DNA of 64,000 nt from Acanthaster planci (Eukaryota): assembly GCF_001949145.1 (NCBI RefSeq), contig NW_019091355.1, positions 556,083 to 620,082 on the forward strand, in the 5' to 3' direction. Positions within the stretch are counted from its first letter, which is position 1. Every line of letters starts with the position of its first letter. Shown here piece after piece: positions 30,501 through 44,500 of the stretch. The translations under genes were made by a program, and so were the position numbers. The notes beneath the pieces were generated by a model. The model searched no databases, was not told where the DNA came from, and worked only from the letters and a program-made list of their open reading frames with translations.

Positions 30501-32474
30501 TCTAGTGGATAGGTCCTGTCTCTTATTTTACTGTCCTCCAAACTCCACTTCATCAGGGTGGAAACTACTGGTGAATGTTTGTTTCAACTTCCCTTGCTTT
30601 TGGACATGTTATGATTAATATTATCGTCACATTTTGTTACGGCAGAGTCACCTGCAACCCATAGCCTTACTTCTATAAATTCTGCCTGGCTTCCAGGGTC
30701 ATTTTCCAAGATCTGAGCATATTCTTGAGGAACTTTCAAGTTCAGCAAAATCTTTTGAAATTCTGAATCACAAATATAGAATCCACCTTTACAAAATGTG
30801 GTTCTTCTTGGTACTTTTCTCCAATCCAATCTTCAGCTGCAATGCTTTGCACAAATTCTTTTGTGATATATGGAAAGGAATAAAGCTTGCTCTGTCATCA
30901 GTTGTGAGATGGATGCATGACTTCAGAGACAGGCGAAATAACGACACGCAGGAAGCTATACAATGAAATGTAGTCTCAAGACTAACTTCCAAGCCAGACT
31001 TTGGGTAATTGGTAAATGTTAGCCAAACAAATATACCTAGTTGTATTTACATTCCACGGGCCAGTCTGTAGATCATGTACAATGCAGTTGGCTACTCTGT
31101 TACGCACGCACGCAATTCAAAGATACATGTAGGTGTCAGAAAATAAATGTTTCTGGTATTTAACTTTTAAAGATGGTGGCCTGATGGGCCGATGTCTGTG
31201 ATCTCTACGTGAGCACATCGTAATTTGGGTTCATCATGAATGCTGTCATGTAATTTCACAGCCATTAAAAAAACAAAATTCAAATTTTTCAGGACTCAGC
31301 AGGAATGTCTCAAACCAGTGATTACTGAAGGAGAAACAATTACATCATATAAAAAGGACATCTTCTACTTAAAGAAGTCTGCACGATATCATATCTTATC
31401 CCATTAAAAATAAAAGAAAAATGCCAAACATTTGTTAATCAAATTGGTACAGTGAACTTTGACAAATACATGTACATTTACCTTTTTCAGAATTGTGAAA
31501 TTGTTTGATATGTTTGAAATGACATATTTCAAATCTGTTTCCTTCGGTTTTGTCTCTGCAGTTAACATTTTAATGTACTAGTTAAATGTTTTCTCATGAT
31601 GAAGTGTTTTGACATATTTTGACAACGTCTATTCAGACTAAATATAAAAGCACGTCATCTTAAAATAACGTTGAATTTGTCAGTAACCAGCACATGAGCT
31701 CTGAAATAACTGTACAAAAACATACCGCGAAAATTTATGAAATGTTCGTGCGACTTTTGTGGTCCACATGAGAATTACAGATATCTTGTTTATTTGGGTA
31801 CAGAGGCAAGCTATATGCCGTTTACATTTGGGTGTTATGAAGCATACCTGAACTATGAAAAACTAACCTCCTATTTATTTTGGGGAGATGTTCTAATAAA
31901 AGAAGTGTAGGGCGAGACTGATTGCCCGAGTTTTTCTTCGTGATTCATGACGAGACATAGTCTTTATGAAATATTGTTTTCCAGAAGAACCAACTTTTTT
32001 GGAAGTCGAAAGATTTGTGGATCTGTGAGTGTGAGCCTGGAAAGATTGCAGTAGAACAGAATGCAAATGTTATCAGTCATCGGGACCATGGAAAAGCTTA
32101 ATATACTAGTATGCGCATACTGGTACCCTGTGGTATGCGCATACCGGTACCTTGCCCAATGTTCTGACTTGTTGTGTAATGTTGTACGTGTAAAAAGAAC
32201 AAAAAATATATACTAAGAAGATATTTGGTGCTTATTTTGTATTTAGGGCATACATGGTCAAGCATGCTACTACATCTAAGAACGTCCAACTTCAAAGCTA
32301 TGGTATTTTATTTGATTATGTTCCACAACCTCATACATGTTGTATGAAAGTCAGCAGGTTGATGTCTGTTTTTGGTGTAAATTTCTCGGTGATGGTGTTG
32401 CATTCTGAATGTGGTGTTGTACTCGCACTGTGTTGATTTTTGTTTTGCCTGTTCTATCATTCCACTGTCTCCAG

Positions 32475-32546
32475 GGCCCCCAGGTACCCCAGGTCTTCGA
32501 GGTTTCCCCGGCGAGAAAGGACGGAGAGGTAAAAAAGGTGAACAAG
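32475..32546 (+). CDS. Collagen exon 1 in window (72 nt, phase 1-1): (G)[23 protein letters not shown](G)
   Basis: tgtctccag acceptor, caag|gttcgg donor, 8 Gly-X-Y triplets. Confidence 0.85.
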
Positions 32547-35500
32547 GTTCGGCTCAATCCCGTGTGTTTTCACATTCTTTCAAATCTCTCCATCGCTAAC
32601 CCATTTCTTAGCCTTTGTGTACTAACCCCATTTCCTTTTATTTCAAACTAGCTAAAAACACCACAGTAGTGCTGCATTGTCACATTCTGCACAAGGCCTT
32701 GTCCAAATCAATTGGCTGTGGCTGCCAGTAACACACTTGTCTATGGGGAATTAGCTGAAGTCAGGGGCTTCTATGAGTGCATGTGTCATTTGCAGCCACA
32801 TCCTTAACTTGTGGACATGGCCTAAAACAGGCATACCACATCAGTGCACCACATAATATACCACATTACTACCTCTCTACAGGTGTGTACACATAAACAA
32901 GAGAGGCAATGACATTAGATTGTCTCACTAGCCTCTCTCTTTGCAACCAACGAGGGGGTACTTGTGCACAGTGCATATTGTGGTGTTGTGTGCCTTCAAA
33001 GTTCATCTCAGCTGTGATATTTTGCAGTTTAAGACAGGGAAGTCTTCAGAGAGTTTTGCAAAACAAACCACAAGAGATTTTTTGAATGTTCTCATCCTTA
33101 AAGACCATCTTATCAAACAAATGATGATTTTCACTTTCATATTAATTTCTGTTGCTTTTTTGAAATTTAAAAGAAATGCAGTTCATGCTTTTTTCATTTC
33201 TACGGTGCATACATGTAGATCATTCAATTTCAGTTGTTTTTCTTTGCTTCGTTTCTATTACATCACATCTCTTCATTGCTTTGTGTATTTCTGATGGTAT
33301 CAGCAATTCTGTCATGATGTAACATTGTGTCCAGCTTCAAATTTTGCCTTTATTAGAGCAGACACATCAGATTTGCATATTTAGTAACAGTATTCTAATT
33401 CACTGCTACATTGTGATGTCATGCAAAATCATTACAAATTGAAAATGAGAAAGGATTACACTTGTCGGTACTTTGCTGCTTGTGTGGAATGTAGAGTTTT
33501 GGTAGCTTCTCCATTAACACCGTTTGTTGGTCAGTTTAGTTGTTTAACGTTCGCCATCCGACCTGCCGTCTGCTCCTAACAGTGTGAAGCTTACTCGTAG
33601 ATTCATGAAATGATCTTACCCGGGAATGAGTTATCCTTGTTCCTAATAATAAAAATAAAGAACCACTTCTGAAAGCGTTTCAAGAATAGCTGCAGAATAA
33701 ATACAAGAAAGGCATCTGGGATTATAGTCTGACGTTTGTCTCTTTTGATAAAAGTAATGTTTATCCATTATTAAAACTTGTCTGATCTAAGTTTATCTTT
33801 GCTACATTTGTACTGCAATTTATTCTGGAAAAAATGTACTTTCAGTGTGGTTCTTCAGTTCACGTAGAGTTACCATTTTGTTTTGTTCTGTTTTCCAAGC
33901 ATGTAGCTGGAATTATTTGTGTAGAAGGAGCCATAATGCATTTTAATCAAACATTCCAAAAAATGCAAAAAAGGAAGAAGAAATGTATGCTTTTCTTTGC
34001 TTTCACTTTCGTTCAAATTTGATCATTGAATGGAACCGAAATGATAAAAAAATGCCAACATTTCTTTTTAAATGACGGGTTCTTTTGTACTTCCTTCCAT
34101 TTTTGATTTACTCTTGCACTTTGTAGTGATACACAGTACAATTAGCACAACCATTTGGTCTCATACACCAAGCACTCGAAAGTAGACTAGAATTAAGAAA
34201 TTCTAAAGCCATTGCCCTTGTTTGAGTCTTGTTGGCAGGCAACATGGTGCTGTTTGCAGTTGCACTGAGCCCAGTGGACTTGCACAGTCACACCAGTTTG
34301 TGAAACAATGAGAGATATGCAAATTTGCCGACTAGAATTTTGTGAGGAAGACTCTCCTAACAGCAGAGCAAAGAACCCATTAGTCCACACACTAGACAAG
34401 CACATTGCCACTGTGACCTGTTGCATTAAACACTTGTCTGTTTTCTTTAAAGTAATGAGTAATTCTTCCATGTCTGTTTCTCTTGGCAGGTTCAACTGGC
34501 TTTCCTGTGAGTATCTTTTCATTTGCTATTAGTTACATGTACTCGTCAACAACTGGTTAAAAGAAGAGCTATACATATATGTAGCTCTGTTGTGGAACCA
34601 AAAATTATTTTTCACTTTTGGAACATGGTTCCGGTTTTTGTCCTTTCTGTTGTAAAGACACCAGAACACATGTATTTACCGTACATGTTTTTGTCCTTTC
34701 TGTTGTAAAGACACCAGAGCACATGTATTTACCGTACATGTTTTTGTCCTTTCTGTTGTAAAGACACCAGAACACATGTATGGTAAGTGCAACAACTGGT
34801 TTAATTTTGAGCAAGAAATGTCAAATGCTTTCTGCTGTAAGGTGTTTCTGATAACAGGTGCCCTTTACAAATGTCGCAAGATCAAAGTGATTTGGTTGGC
34901 TTTTCATTTCCAGGGACCTATTGGCATTAAAGGAGAAGTTGGCATTGGTTCACAGGTATGTACAGATTCAATACTGCATGTGTCTCATAGACATTGATAG
35001 ATCAAGTGCTAGTCAGGATTTGACAGGTTAGGGTAGAAGCACTTACATAATGCAGATAAACAGGACCCCTTGAAAAATACAGGTATTACCTGAGGGATTC
35101 TGAGCCACATGATTTGAGTTTTGTGATTAAGTCTGCCAATGGCCAGCTGACCCATTTAGCAGGTGTAGGCATGTGGGTAAGCCAGGATTCTTTTTTATCC
35201 TGTGTAAAAGGCTGACTGAGAAATGTTATGCTGTAGGTCATTAACACCCTTCTCTTGCAGTCAAAAAGTCATTAAATTGGGTCCTGATCAGCATAGTTGC
35301 CCAGCAATTCTGAGAAACACTTTCTTTACTGCTCAGTGTTGCTTCCAGTAAAATCCTGCCTTAAGCCTCACCATGCGAAGCTTCCAATTCATCACATGAT
35401 GAAATCAGCTGATGATCTCATAATTGTGACCAGTTTCTTGACCTAGAAAGTCTCTTACACCTCTGGCCGGTAACCGGGACACAAAGCCATTGGCCGAAGC

Positions 35501-38500
35501 ACCTGACATTCCTTGATGTATTAGGTGCATGGAGCCCACCTGCTGTTCCTAGCCTTTAAGATGATCACAGGCAGACATTGTTTGGGTGTCAGCCAAGCAG
35601 AGAGACTTCTGTTGGTTGATTAGGGTGGGATCCTAGAAGAAAAACAAGGTGTGGGGTGAATGACCTCAGAACAGAGGCTGGTGAGGACAGAGGTTGTTCC
35701 AAGAAGAACAAGTGGAATGTTGTTTTGAACGGAGATCAGAACATCAGTGTAGGCACCTTTGTAGATGTAAAGACAGGCCAGAGACTAGGCACCTTTGTAG
35801 ATGTCAAGACAGGCCAGAGACTAGGCACCTTTGTAGATGTAAAGACAGGCCAGAGACTAGGCACCTTTGTAGATGTAAAGACAGGCCAGGGACTTGACAG
35901 ATGTTGAAGTGTACAGAAACGAGGGTTGAATGCTAAGATTTCCCAGGACCAGATTTTTGAGAGATTTTCAGAAAAAGTGTCATGCTCTGCCGCTTTCAGT
36001 GAGTTTTGAGAAGTACAATATGGCCCAACAAGTCAGCAAGTTCCTAATTTTTTTCTAGTTAATATTTGCAGCATCGATGTATGCCTCAGATAGTCAATGT
36101 TTTCACCTGCTTTTTTCCACTTAGGGTCCCCCTGGGATGCCAGGTCCCATTGGCCAACCTGGTTACCCAGGCAGCAAAGGTGAAATTGGATCCCCAGGTG
36201 TAGGCATCAGAGGACTTCCTGGCCCCCCAGGGTCTCCTGGAGAACCTGGCAGTAAAGGAGATAAGGTGGGGTTAAATCCAGCTTTCTCATTGGTTGTGAA
36301 ATAATGCATATTCACAACTTTAACAAACTGGCTGTGTCTATCTGGTTCGTGCGTGTGATGTCACTTCAGTTTAAACCACGCCCACTGGACATGCACTGCA
36401 AATAGAGTTACATGCATTGATCACCGTTTACGTGGAACTATGGACGCGGAAGTTAACGTGCAACTTCAGCAAATCGTGGTGCATCTGCCTTTTGTGACGA
36501 AGTCACTTACGAACCAAATTGATAAGCTGCCTGACGTTATGGAGTAGCTGTTTGGTTTTGTTTGTACTTGCGATTCGCCTTTGAGAGGTATTTGTTTATG
36601 GATCATGCTCGTAGTCCTACAGAAATCTTCTGTTTCTTAGGGCATATCTGCCTGAATGATATTGCATCAATCCTTTTCTTGAGTTTTAGTTTTGAAATCA
36701 ACTGTAAGTGAAAGTTAACACTTTGGATGTGTACAGGAGAATCCTGTCACAGGTCACATGACTTCTTGCCTAAAGATACAGTCATCAAGATCTTGGCTTC
36801 TATGGTTAAAAACCTTGTCAAACCCAGGCTTTAGTTTCAGTTTCAGACTTCTATCATGATTAGGAAGAGACTTCTCTGAAGTTTGAATGACTCAAAGGTT
36901 CATGATTTTGATTGATTGTAATTTTTTGTCCATTCCAGGGTGATTTGGGTAGCCCAGGCAGATCGGTAAGCCCTAATCATTCCTTCCTTTTCACTCACGG
37001 AGCTGTGTCAGTGTTTGTGACTAAAAAGCTCATTTTAGACAGCTTTGATTTATTCTTATCGAATTGACATGTTCCAAAAATATGCTTACGTCTGATTTGT
37101 GCAAGTTGACTGAAGAAACATTTCCTTTCCATAATCTAATTTAGGGCTACAACGGAGTTCCAGGGATAACTGGAAAACCTGGACAAAAGGTAAGATGCAG
37201 AAAGCTTTGGAATCATGTATTTTCAGATTATGAAAAAAAGTGTCAGAGCTGTTGACCTTTAGGAACAGAGTCAATCCCTCTTCACGGTTGGATATGCCCA
37301 GGAATGTTGATATTGCTATTTCACATATTCAAGAAAGACGGAGCATACTTCATGCTCGAATGCCTTTGCTAAGGGTGTATGCAAACAGAAAATTCATGCT
37401 TGAGAATTAAGATTTGACCTTAATCTGTTCAAACCCACCATGTCGGTGAGTGAATAGGACTCACCTATTCAGAATTTATAAAATGAAGATGGGTTTGAGT
37501 TGTTGCCAGGCTTTAGTGCTTCACATCTTCAACATAAGCATCTTTGGACTGTATCCTTATTCCCACAGAGATACGGTAACCATTACACAAGGTTTCCTGT
37601 TTTATTATCACGAACTGACTTTGTTCATTCCTAGTTGATATTTGTTAATAAAAGGACGACTAGTTAACAAGCAAGGCTTGCATGTACCGACTGGTTTTAT
37701 TCTGGTCTGCTTTTCTCCAAACAGGGAGAGAGGGGCTTGTCTGGACAACCTGGTCTGGCTGGAATGACTGGTCCAATGGTAAGCTTAGTTCTTAATAATT
37801 TACTGTTGATTTTGTGTTCATGAAAAATGACTCAAGAATTTGAAAGATGGTTGCATATGAACCTCAATTTCAGCCCAGTGTAAAACAGTGCAGTGCTTTT
37901 GTTCAGCTGTAATTACTTTGAATGAAGAAACATGACATGAGGATTGGAGCCAAGGACCTCCATATCAATAGTATGATTTCCTGGCGTTGTTAGTGGGAAT
38001 CCCATCATTGGCTTTTTTTTAAGTCCCAAATTGAATCAGAGTTAGCAATTTAAGTTCCAGTTTTGTTTTTTTCTATTCCTTGCCTTTTTTGAAAGACCTA
38101 CACTGATTACAAGCCTGTGTCTTTAATATATGTCCGAACTGTTAATGACAAAATGTCAACACCACTTTTATTCAAGATTGCATTTTTAAATTATGTGTAT
38201 TTTTGTCTTTGGTAGGGTCCAGAAGGAAAACGAGGGGAGAAGGTAGGCTGTCTGATCTGTTTGAAATATTTGCTATCTTGATTTTGTGCAAAACTTTCCT
38301 AGGAATTCTAGGAGACATTCTATGTAGTCTTACTGAAGTTGGAAGTCTTCACTTGAAGTTGTTTCATTAGGAAACTCCACTGATAAGATTGTCTTGCCAG
38401 TGTATTCTTGACAGAGTGCTGTTCGTGCCTGGTTAATGTCACATCACACAGGAAAGCATTGTGGATTCTAAGAGGGTTTGTAGAAGGAAGGAACCCTCAT

Positions 38501-41500
38501 CCCCACTCACTTGGCACTTTATTATCCTAATCCACCCCTTGGCTAACCCTCTTCCCTGGTCCCCTTGTCTTGAGATACATGTACATGGACCAATACTCAC
38601 AAGGGAACATCCATATCCGTCAGTATTCAATCGGGACCTCTGCATTACCACGAATGTTGCCTGCCTGCCTGCCTGCTTGCTTTACAAATGCCCCTGAGAA
38701 TGGCGTGTCGTCTGCCCATGGGAGACAGATTAAATCTCCTTGACTGTCCTATTAGAAATCTTTTGGGGGTTGGGAGATGGCAGGAACTCCCATCTTGGCT
38801 AAATCTGTAGAGGAAATGGTCTAATTGATGTGAAAATTGAAGCATGTTTTGTCTGAAAACAACTTCAACAATGCTTGGCCATCTCTTGGTGAGGTGACAT
38901 TGAGATAAGGGCCTGTGCTTAGACCTTGTAAGTGCTGGCCGAGTGCAGATGACAACAAAATCATTAGTGGAAATATACAAGGCATGTAGTCATGTGTATT
39001 TACCTTGTATATCTTTCAAAATATCCATCATTTTTTACAGGCCTGAAATATTCTAGGTTTTTCTAACTTTGCTCTGGAAATTAAACTTTTTTCTTAGAAA
39101 TACTTGAAGTGCAGTTAGTAATGTGAAATGATTGAAATTTGTCCTACTGTGTCACATTAATATCAACTTACGCAACTTCTAAACTGCCTACATAAAAGCA
39201 GTGATAAATTTATCTTTGAAGACTGTGTTACAGAAATCATCATAGTTGTCCAAACATCAGTTGTATAGGTGGTAAAACATCATGAATAACACTCCATTTG
39301 TGAAGCTTTCATCAAATTAGATGAAGTACTGTTTCTTGCCGTTTCAGATATTTTCCTGCTGATTAAGAACTAGGATCATCTTGGGAAGACATTCTAGTCT
39401 CCCTGATGGCCTAGGTGACACTTGTTTAGAAGTGAATGAACTTCTTGCCATAAATAGCCATGGTTATCTCTTAAAGACTGGTTTCAGACTCATGGGATCA
39501 ACCTCCCATTAGTCACACCACCGGTTGTGTATTTTGAATACTGAATTCATTGAGATACAAGGGTCTTTGATGTCTCCTGAGACCCACTCAGTGGCCGATA
39601 ATTGATTATATCCCTGTGTGTGTGGCATGCTATAAGCTGTCCATTCAGGCAATTTTCTGACATTTTTCATTAGCTGGTGATGTATGGGAATCATTTGATA
39701 CCTCTACAGCTGTGATGGTAAAGTTGCCTTTAAATCTGGTCTAGATCCAATATTTCTGTAATAAATCTTATCCACCCTGAGTTGAGGTACACCCTCACTG
39801 GAAAAAGAAAGACAGGCTGGTACTAAGAAGTTTTCCAACGGGGTTCTTGCACAAAATTGACGTGAACGCAAAAACCATACATGTGCATTCCAGCATAAGT
39901 TTGTGGCATGCACTCAGCGTGCCCCATGCCAATGCGCATGAACTTGGAACACCTATTTGGTGAGTTTGTACCAAAGAACAGTCAATTTCAGTTAAAAACA
40001 CACCCTTTTTGTGCTAAAATACAAGAGCCTAGTTACACAGTATTTTAAAACAGAAATCTACTGAATTTTAAGGCAGTCTCTCAACATACTGGGAGTTGAC
40101 AAAAGTTGAACTTTGTCAGTTACGTGTATTGTAAACTGCTCCACGTTTTCAGTGCTCGGCCTAAAACAGCCAAGAATTCTGTTTGCCATTGTGCACCATG
40201 AAAAGGTTAAATCTTAAAAAAAGAAATTGTTCTTTTTTTGCTTTTTTAAAATAGGGTGACAGGGGACAGAAGGGTGACAGAGGTCAAAAGGTAGGTCATC
40301 TTACTGAATATTCATCTATTTTGTTCATGCCTTACATGAAACGGATTTGTGATTGTACATACTCTGTTAGTGAAGCAACCACTATGCATGATGTACATGT
40401 ATCAATCACTTTGTTAACTGTAACGAGCATCAGTGCAAAAGGTACTTTGTTGCGTGCTTTGCCCAGACACTCATCATTTTGTATTTAATACTTTATTTCT
40501 AGTTTGTGGTTATTGTATTCTTACGGTTTTTTGGTTCTTTCAGGGTCAAGAGGGTTTAATGGGAGAACCCGGCTTGGATGTGAGTTCTCTCTTTTCACTC
40601 TAAGGACTTTCACAATACTTGTCAAGAAAAAGCACTTGATACACTGATCCTAAAACCAAGTTTTTGAATTTCTTTGCCTTTGCTAGATTTTGCAGAATTG
40701 AAAATAAGCATGAAATATCTTGAGGATAAATACGATCGATGGTTAATACATGTATATATTCTAGTGGCAAATTGAACCTACATCATGGCATTGATGATTA
40801 TGTTTAGTTGCGTTTTGCCACCTGTTTTAATTTTTGCAGCAAGTGTGCATGTGTCGTTTTTTTTCAAGATTGCTGTTGGTGTGCTTTGGAGGCAAATGTT
40901 CCTCTTTGCAAAGATGCAAAATTGCGAAACTAACATTATGTATGTATCCGTTACATTTTATTGCAGGGGCCAGTGGGACCACCTGGGCCGCCAGGTACCA
41001 GCTATGATCCAGACACTCATATGAAAATTGTAACAATTAAGGTAAAAGACAAATTCATCCTGTCAAACGTTGAGCTGGTATGTAGTTGTGACCTGTTGAA
41101 TCTTTCATTCAGACGCATAAATCTTAATCCAAAGGAAGTGACTACCTCTGAAATTGCCAGTCATGAATTATTAATAGATTGTATGGAAGCATGTGAAAAG
41201 CTTCCAGCATACATCCTGGGATTGGACTTTTTGCAATACAACTCATGAATATGCATACTCATAATGCATAGGTATAGTTTAAACTCATTGGGTATCATTC
41301 TTGAAACTGACTTGTTCAGGTGCCCTCATGAAAATGCAGAAGATGCCGTTTAAAGGTGATTGGATGATCATAATTGCCTTTGCAGGGTGAAAAGGGAGAC
41401 CCAGGCATGATGGGACTTCAAGGTCCCCCCGGGGTACCAGGGAGAGATGGCATCAATGGAACCAATGGGTTACCAGGCATGAATGGTGAGGATGGGAGAG

Positions 41501-44500
41501 ATGGCAACATTGGACCACTGGTGAGTACAAGTCTTAAGGCTGTGTACATATAACATGGCTTTGGCTAATGGTAATACACGAGAAGTCGTTCGGAACTGGC
41601 TTGGCCACTGGGTAGTGGCTCCAATATTGAAACATAGATCCAGCTGTTGCCCAGTACATGTAAGTTTGCCTTGAGCTAGCTTTCCATGTACCGTACATGT
41701 ACAGTTCCTGTTTCTTGTTAATTGCATATTAGGTCGGTTATGATTTCTTGACCTAAACTCTCCATAGGAATAGACTAAAACATATGCACACTTGTTGAAA
41801 TGTGGCTTAACTTTCAACATTGTGACTTAAAGGATCCATGCAATGCATTTTTCTTAGAATCACTTTTTTGTGTGTCTGTACTCTTCTTCAGTGTATGAAG
41901 ACTCCATGGAATCTTCTTTTGAGTTACACGAACTGAAAAGTACACTTTTAAAACATTTATTTCAAATTGACCTAGCATTTCTGGACAAGTGAGGGCGCTT
42001 TTGTGTTGATATAACTCTAGGAACACATTGCTCAGTTTGCATGTTTCCATGTTCGAACTGTGAACTCCAAATTTGCTACTTGAAAACATTTCTGAGAAAG
42101 GGTTGCTCATTATCTTAAAGCCATATACTTACATAACATAGAGTGCCGAAGGAAGTAAAATCTACAATAGCAGTGTTGAAAAAAATTTAGAAATTCTTTG
42201 TGCATAAATCAGTACAACATTGAGGTTAAGTGCCTTGCATGACATCATAGTTTTGCTCATGAATATGAATATGTTAATGAGCATAAAATCCAGAGGAGCC
42301 CAAAATATGGGTTGAAATAGCCAAACAATTTATAATTTATAATTAGGTTAATTGACACCCAAAGGGTATTAGTAAAATTCAGTAAAATGTTTCTATTATA
42401 TGGCCCCCTTAACTTGTTCAGAAAATACCAGTCCCTCGCTTGTGCTACTGTTTTCAAGTTGAAGTATGTTGATTTGGGGGAGCTTTTGATCAAAACCTCA
42501 CAGGCTAGGTGATAAGTTGCAACTTGAATCCATAACTTCTGCTTTCTGGGGCAATAATAAACGTTTTTCTGGCTGCAAAAATGTAGCAGTGGGCATGTTG
42601 TTTGTAGAGAGTGGTCAGCGAAAAGTGGATTTTTATTTCATGTTTTTTCAGGGACCCGCAGGAGACAAAGGTGAACCTGGCAGAGAGGGGCCTATGGTGA
42701 GTGTGAGTTGAAATTTTGCAGAACAACTAACGCAGGAATTGTGGTCTGATTAAACAAATCAGTTGTGAATCATGATGGAATTATTCAATGTTCCATTTAT
42801 TGTCACACGCATTTCGACATTTTTTGGAGAAATGCAACAGCATGAACAATTTGGAATCCGTAAATGAAAGTTGAATGCTCCACTTATAAATCTAAATTAT
42901 AAAATGTAAATACATTCAAGTGTTCATGCAAGAATTATATGCTTGTACTCTTAAACTATTCAAAATTCTATTTGGGAGCGAGTATCAATTTAAAGATAGA
43001 GGAATAAGCCCAACCGAGACTTCCTCATGAGTAAGATTAAGGCTTTAAGTTTTTTACTCTTTTACAGGGTTTGCCAGGCTCAGCAGGTCTCCCAGGATTA
43101 CCAGGAGAAAAGGTGAGAAACATGGGGTATATCTAAAGAATCCAACAGAGGGCAGAATTTGGAGGTTTAAAACTTGTTGGGGAATTCTGACAACCATTAG
43201 GACTGTTATAACATGTGGGTACATGTAGGGCACATCCTCCCTTTTATGTCATCAATGCTCCTTACAGTAAATGAAGAGGCTAAGTTTGCCCTGTGTCGCT
43301 CTTTAATAGCGTCACTAATTCGCAACCAAAATATCCAAATCTTTTAACTGGTCCTTGTCGATCTTACTTACTGCTGGATGACGCTAGTCTACCTCGAGTC
43401 TGTGGCCATGGGAAGCTTGCCCCAGAGAGGAACACAAATTATTCCTGGATAACCCTGTCTTGTGATTCCCTACTAAATTATGTTCCTGTTTGTGTTCAGG
43501 GAGAAAAGGGTGATATGGGAACCAATGCTGAGCTGTTGCAGGGACCGCCAGGACCTGTTGGCCCAGCAGGACCACCTGGGGATCCTGGACGAGATGGAAT
43601 GAAGGTAAACACAGAGTTTTCATGAATGGTCAATCTTAGCATTGTACCAACTAGAAATTAGAACTGTGACCTTTTGGACATATTGTCAGAATTAAGGGGA
43701 AAATTATCACAAACGTGTTTCAACATGATTAAAAAAACTTTGGTTTATTGAGCTTTATTGTTTTGACTGAGAAATAGAAATATATTTAGAAAACGCTTTA
43801 ACAAATAGACCTGATGACAGGAATATTGAAATGTAGTTTGAAAAAAACTAGATACAGAATTTTTTCTCTCTAACAGACATTGTAAAGAATGCATTGTGAT
43901 CAATTCACTTCAAAGAAAATCTGAAGAAGGACAAAACTAGCCAGTTAGGAAAGTGGCTTTGGCTGAACTATTGTTATGTCAAATCTGTCAAAATCATTTT
44001 TTCCCCCCACTTCTCCAGGGTGCTGCGGGTGAACCAGGTCTGCCTGGACAAATTGGACAGCCTGGACTGCCAGGACCTCAGGTAAGAACAATGGACAGAT
44101 CCACTTAAGAAAAGCGTTTATCGGGTCTGTGCGTGAACAATTGAGGGCGCTGTGTAACCTAGGCTTGAGAGCCGTCATGTGAGACTGTATCACTTTTAAA
44201 TGGTGCTCACTGCATCATCTGAGTTGTGGCCTCTCATGCAGTTTGAAATGTGAGATCAATTGTTGCAATAGTTTTTGGAAGAATTCTGTATTTTTCCCCT
44301 TTCAACAAAAACCATTCTCTTTTTCATGCATCCTGTGAAGGGACAAAAGGGCAATGCTGGCCCTATCGTCAGTGAACTTGGTATCATGCAGGTGAGAAAG
44401 AATCATGCATGAAACAGTTCTTGAGTTGGTACAGTCACTCTGTATTTCTCTGTGACTTTTGGTTACAAGCCAGTGGAAGTTGCTGTCAGCTGTTTGATGA

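Noticed and set aside
35656..35907. ORFs with repeated [12 protein letters not shown] / [12 protein letters not shown] peptides
   Set aside because: Translation artefacts of an intronic 36-bp tandem repeat whose length is a multiple of 3; no splice signals linking it to the gene.
39509..39760. Minus-strand IPIHH... segment resembling transposon proteins with an HAxTGCD motif
   Set aside because: The key motif is not actually present and the similarity is too weak to support without a search.
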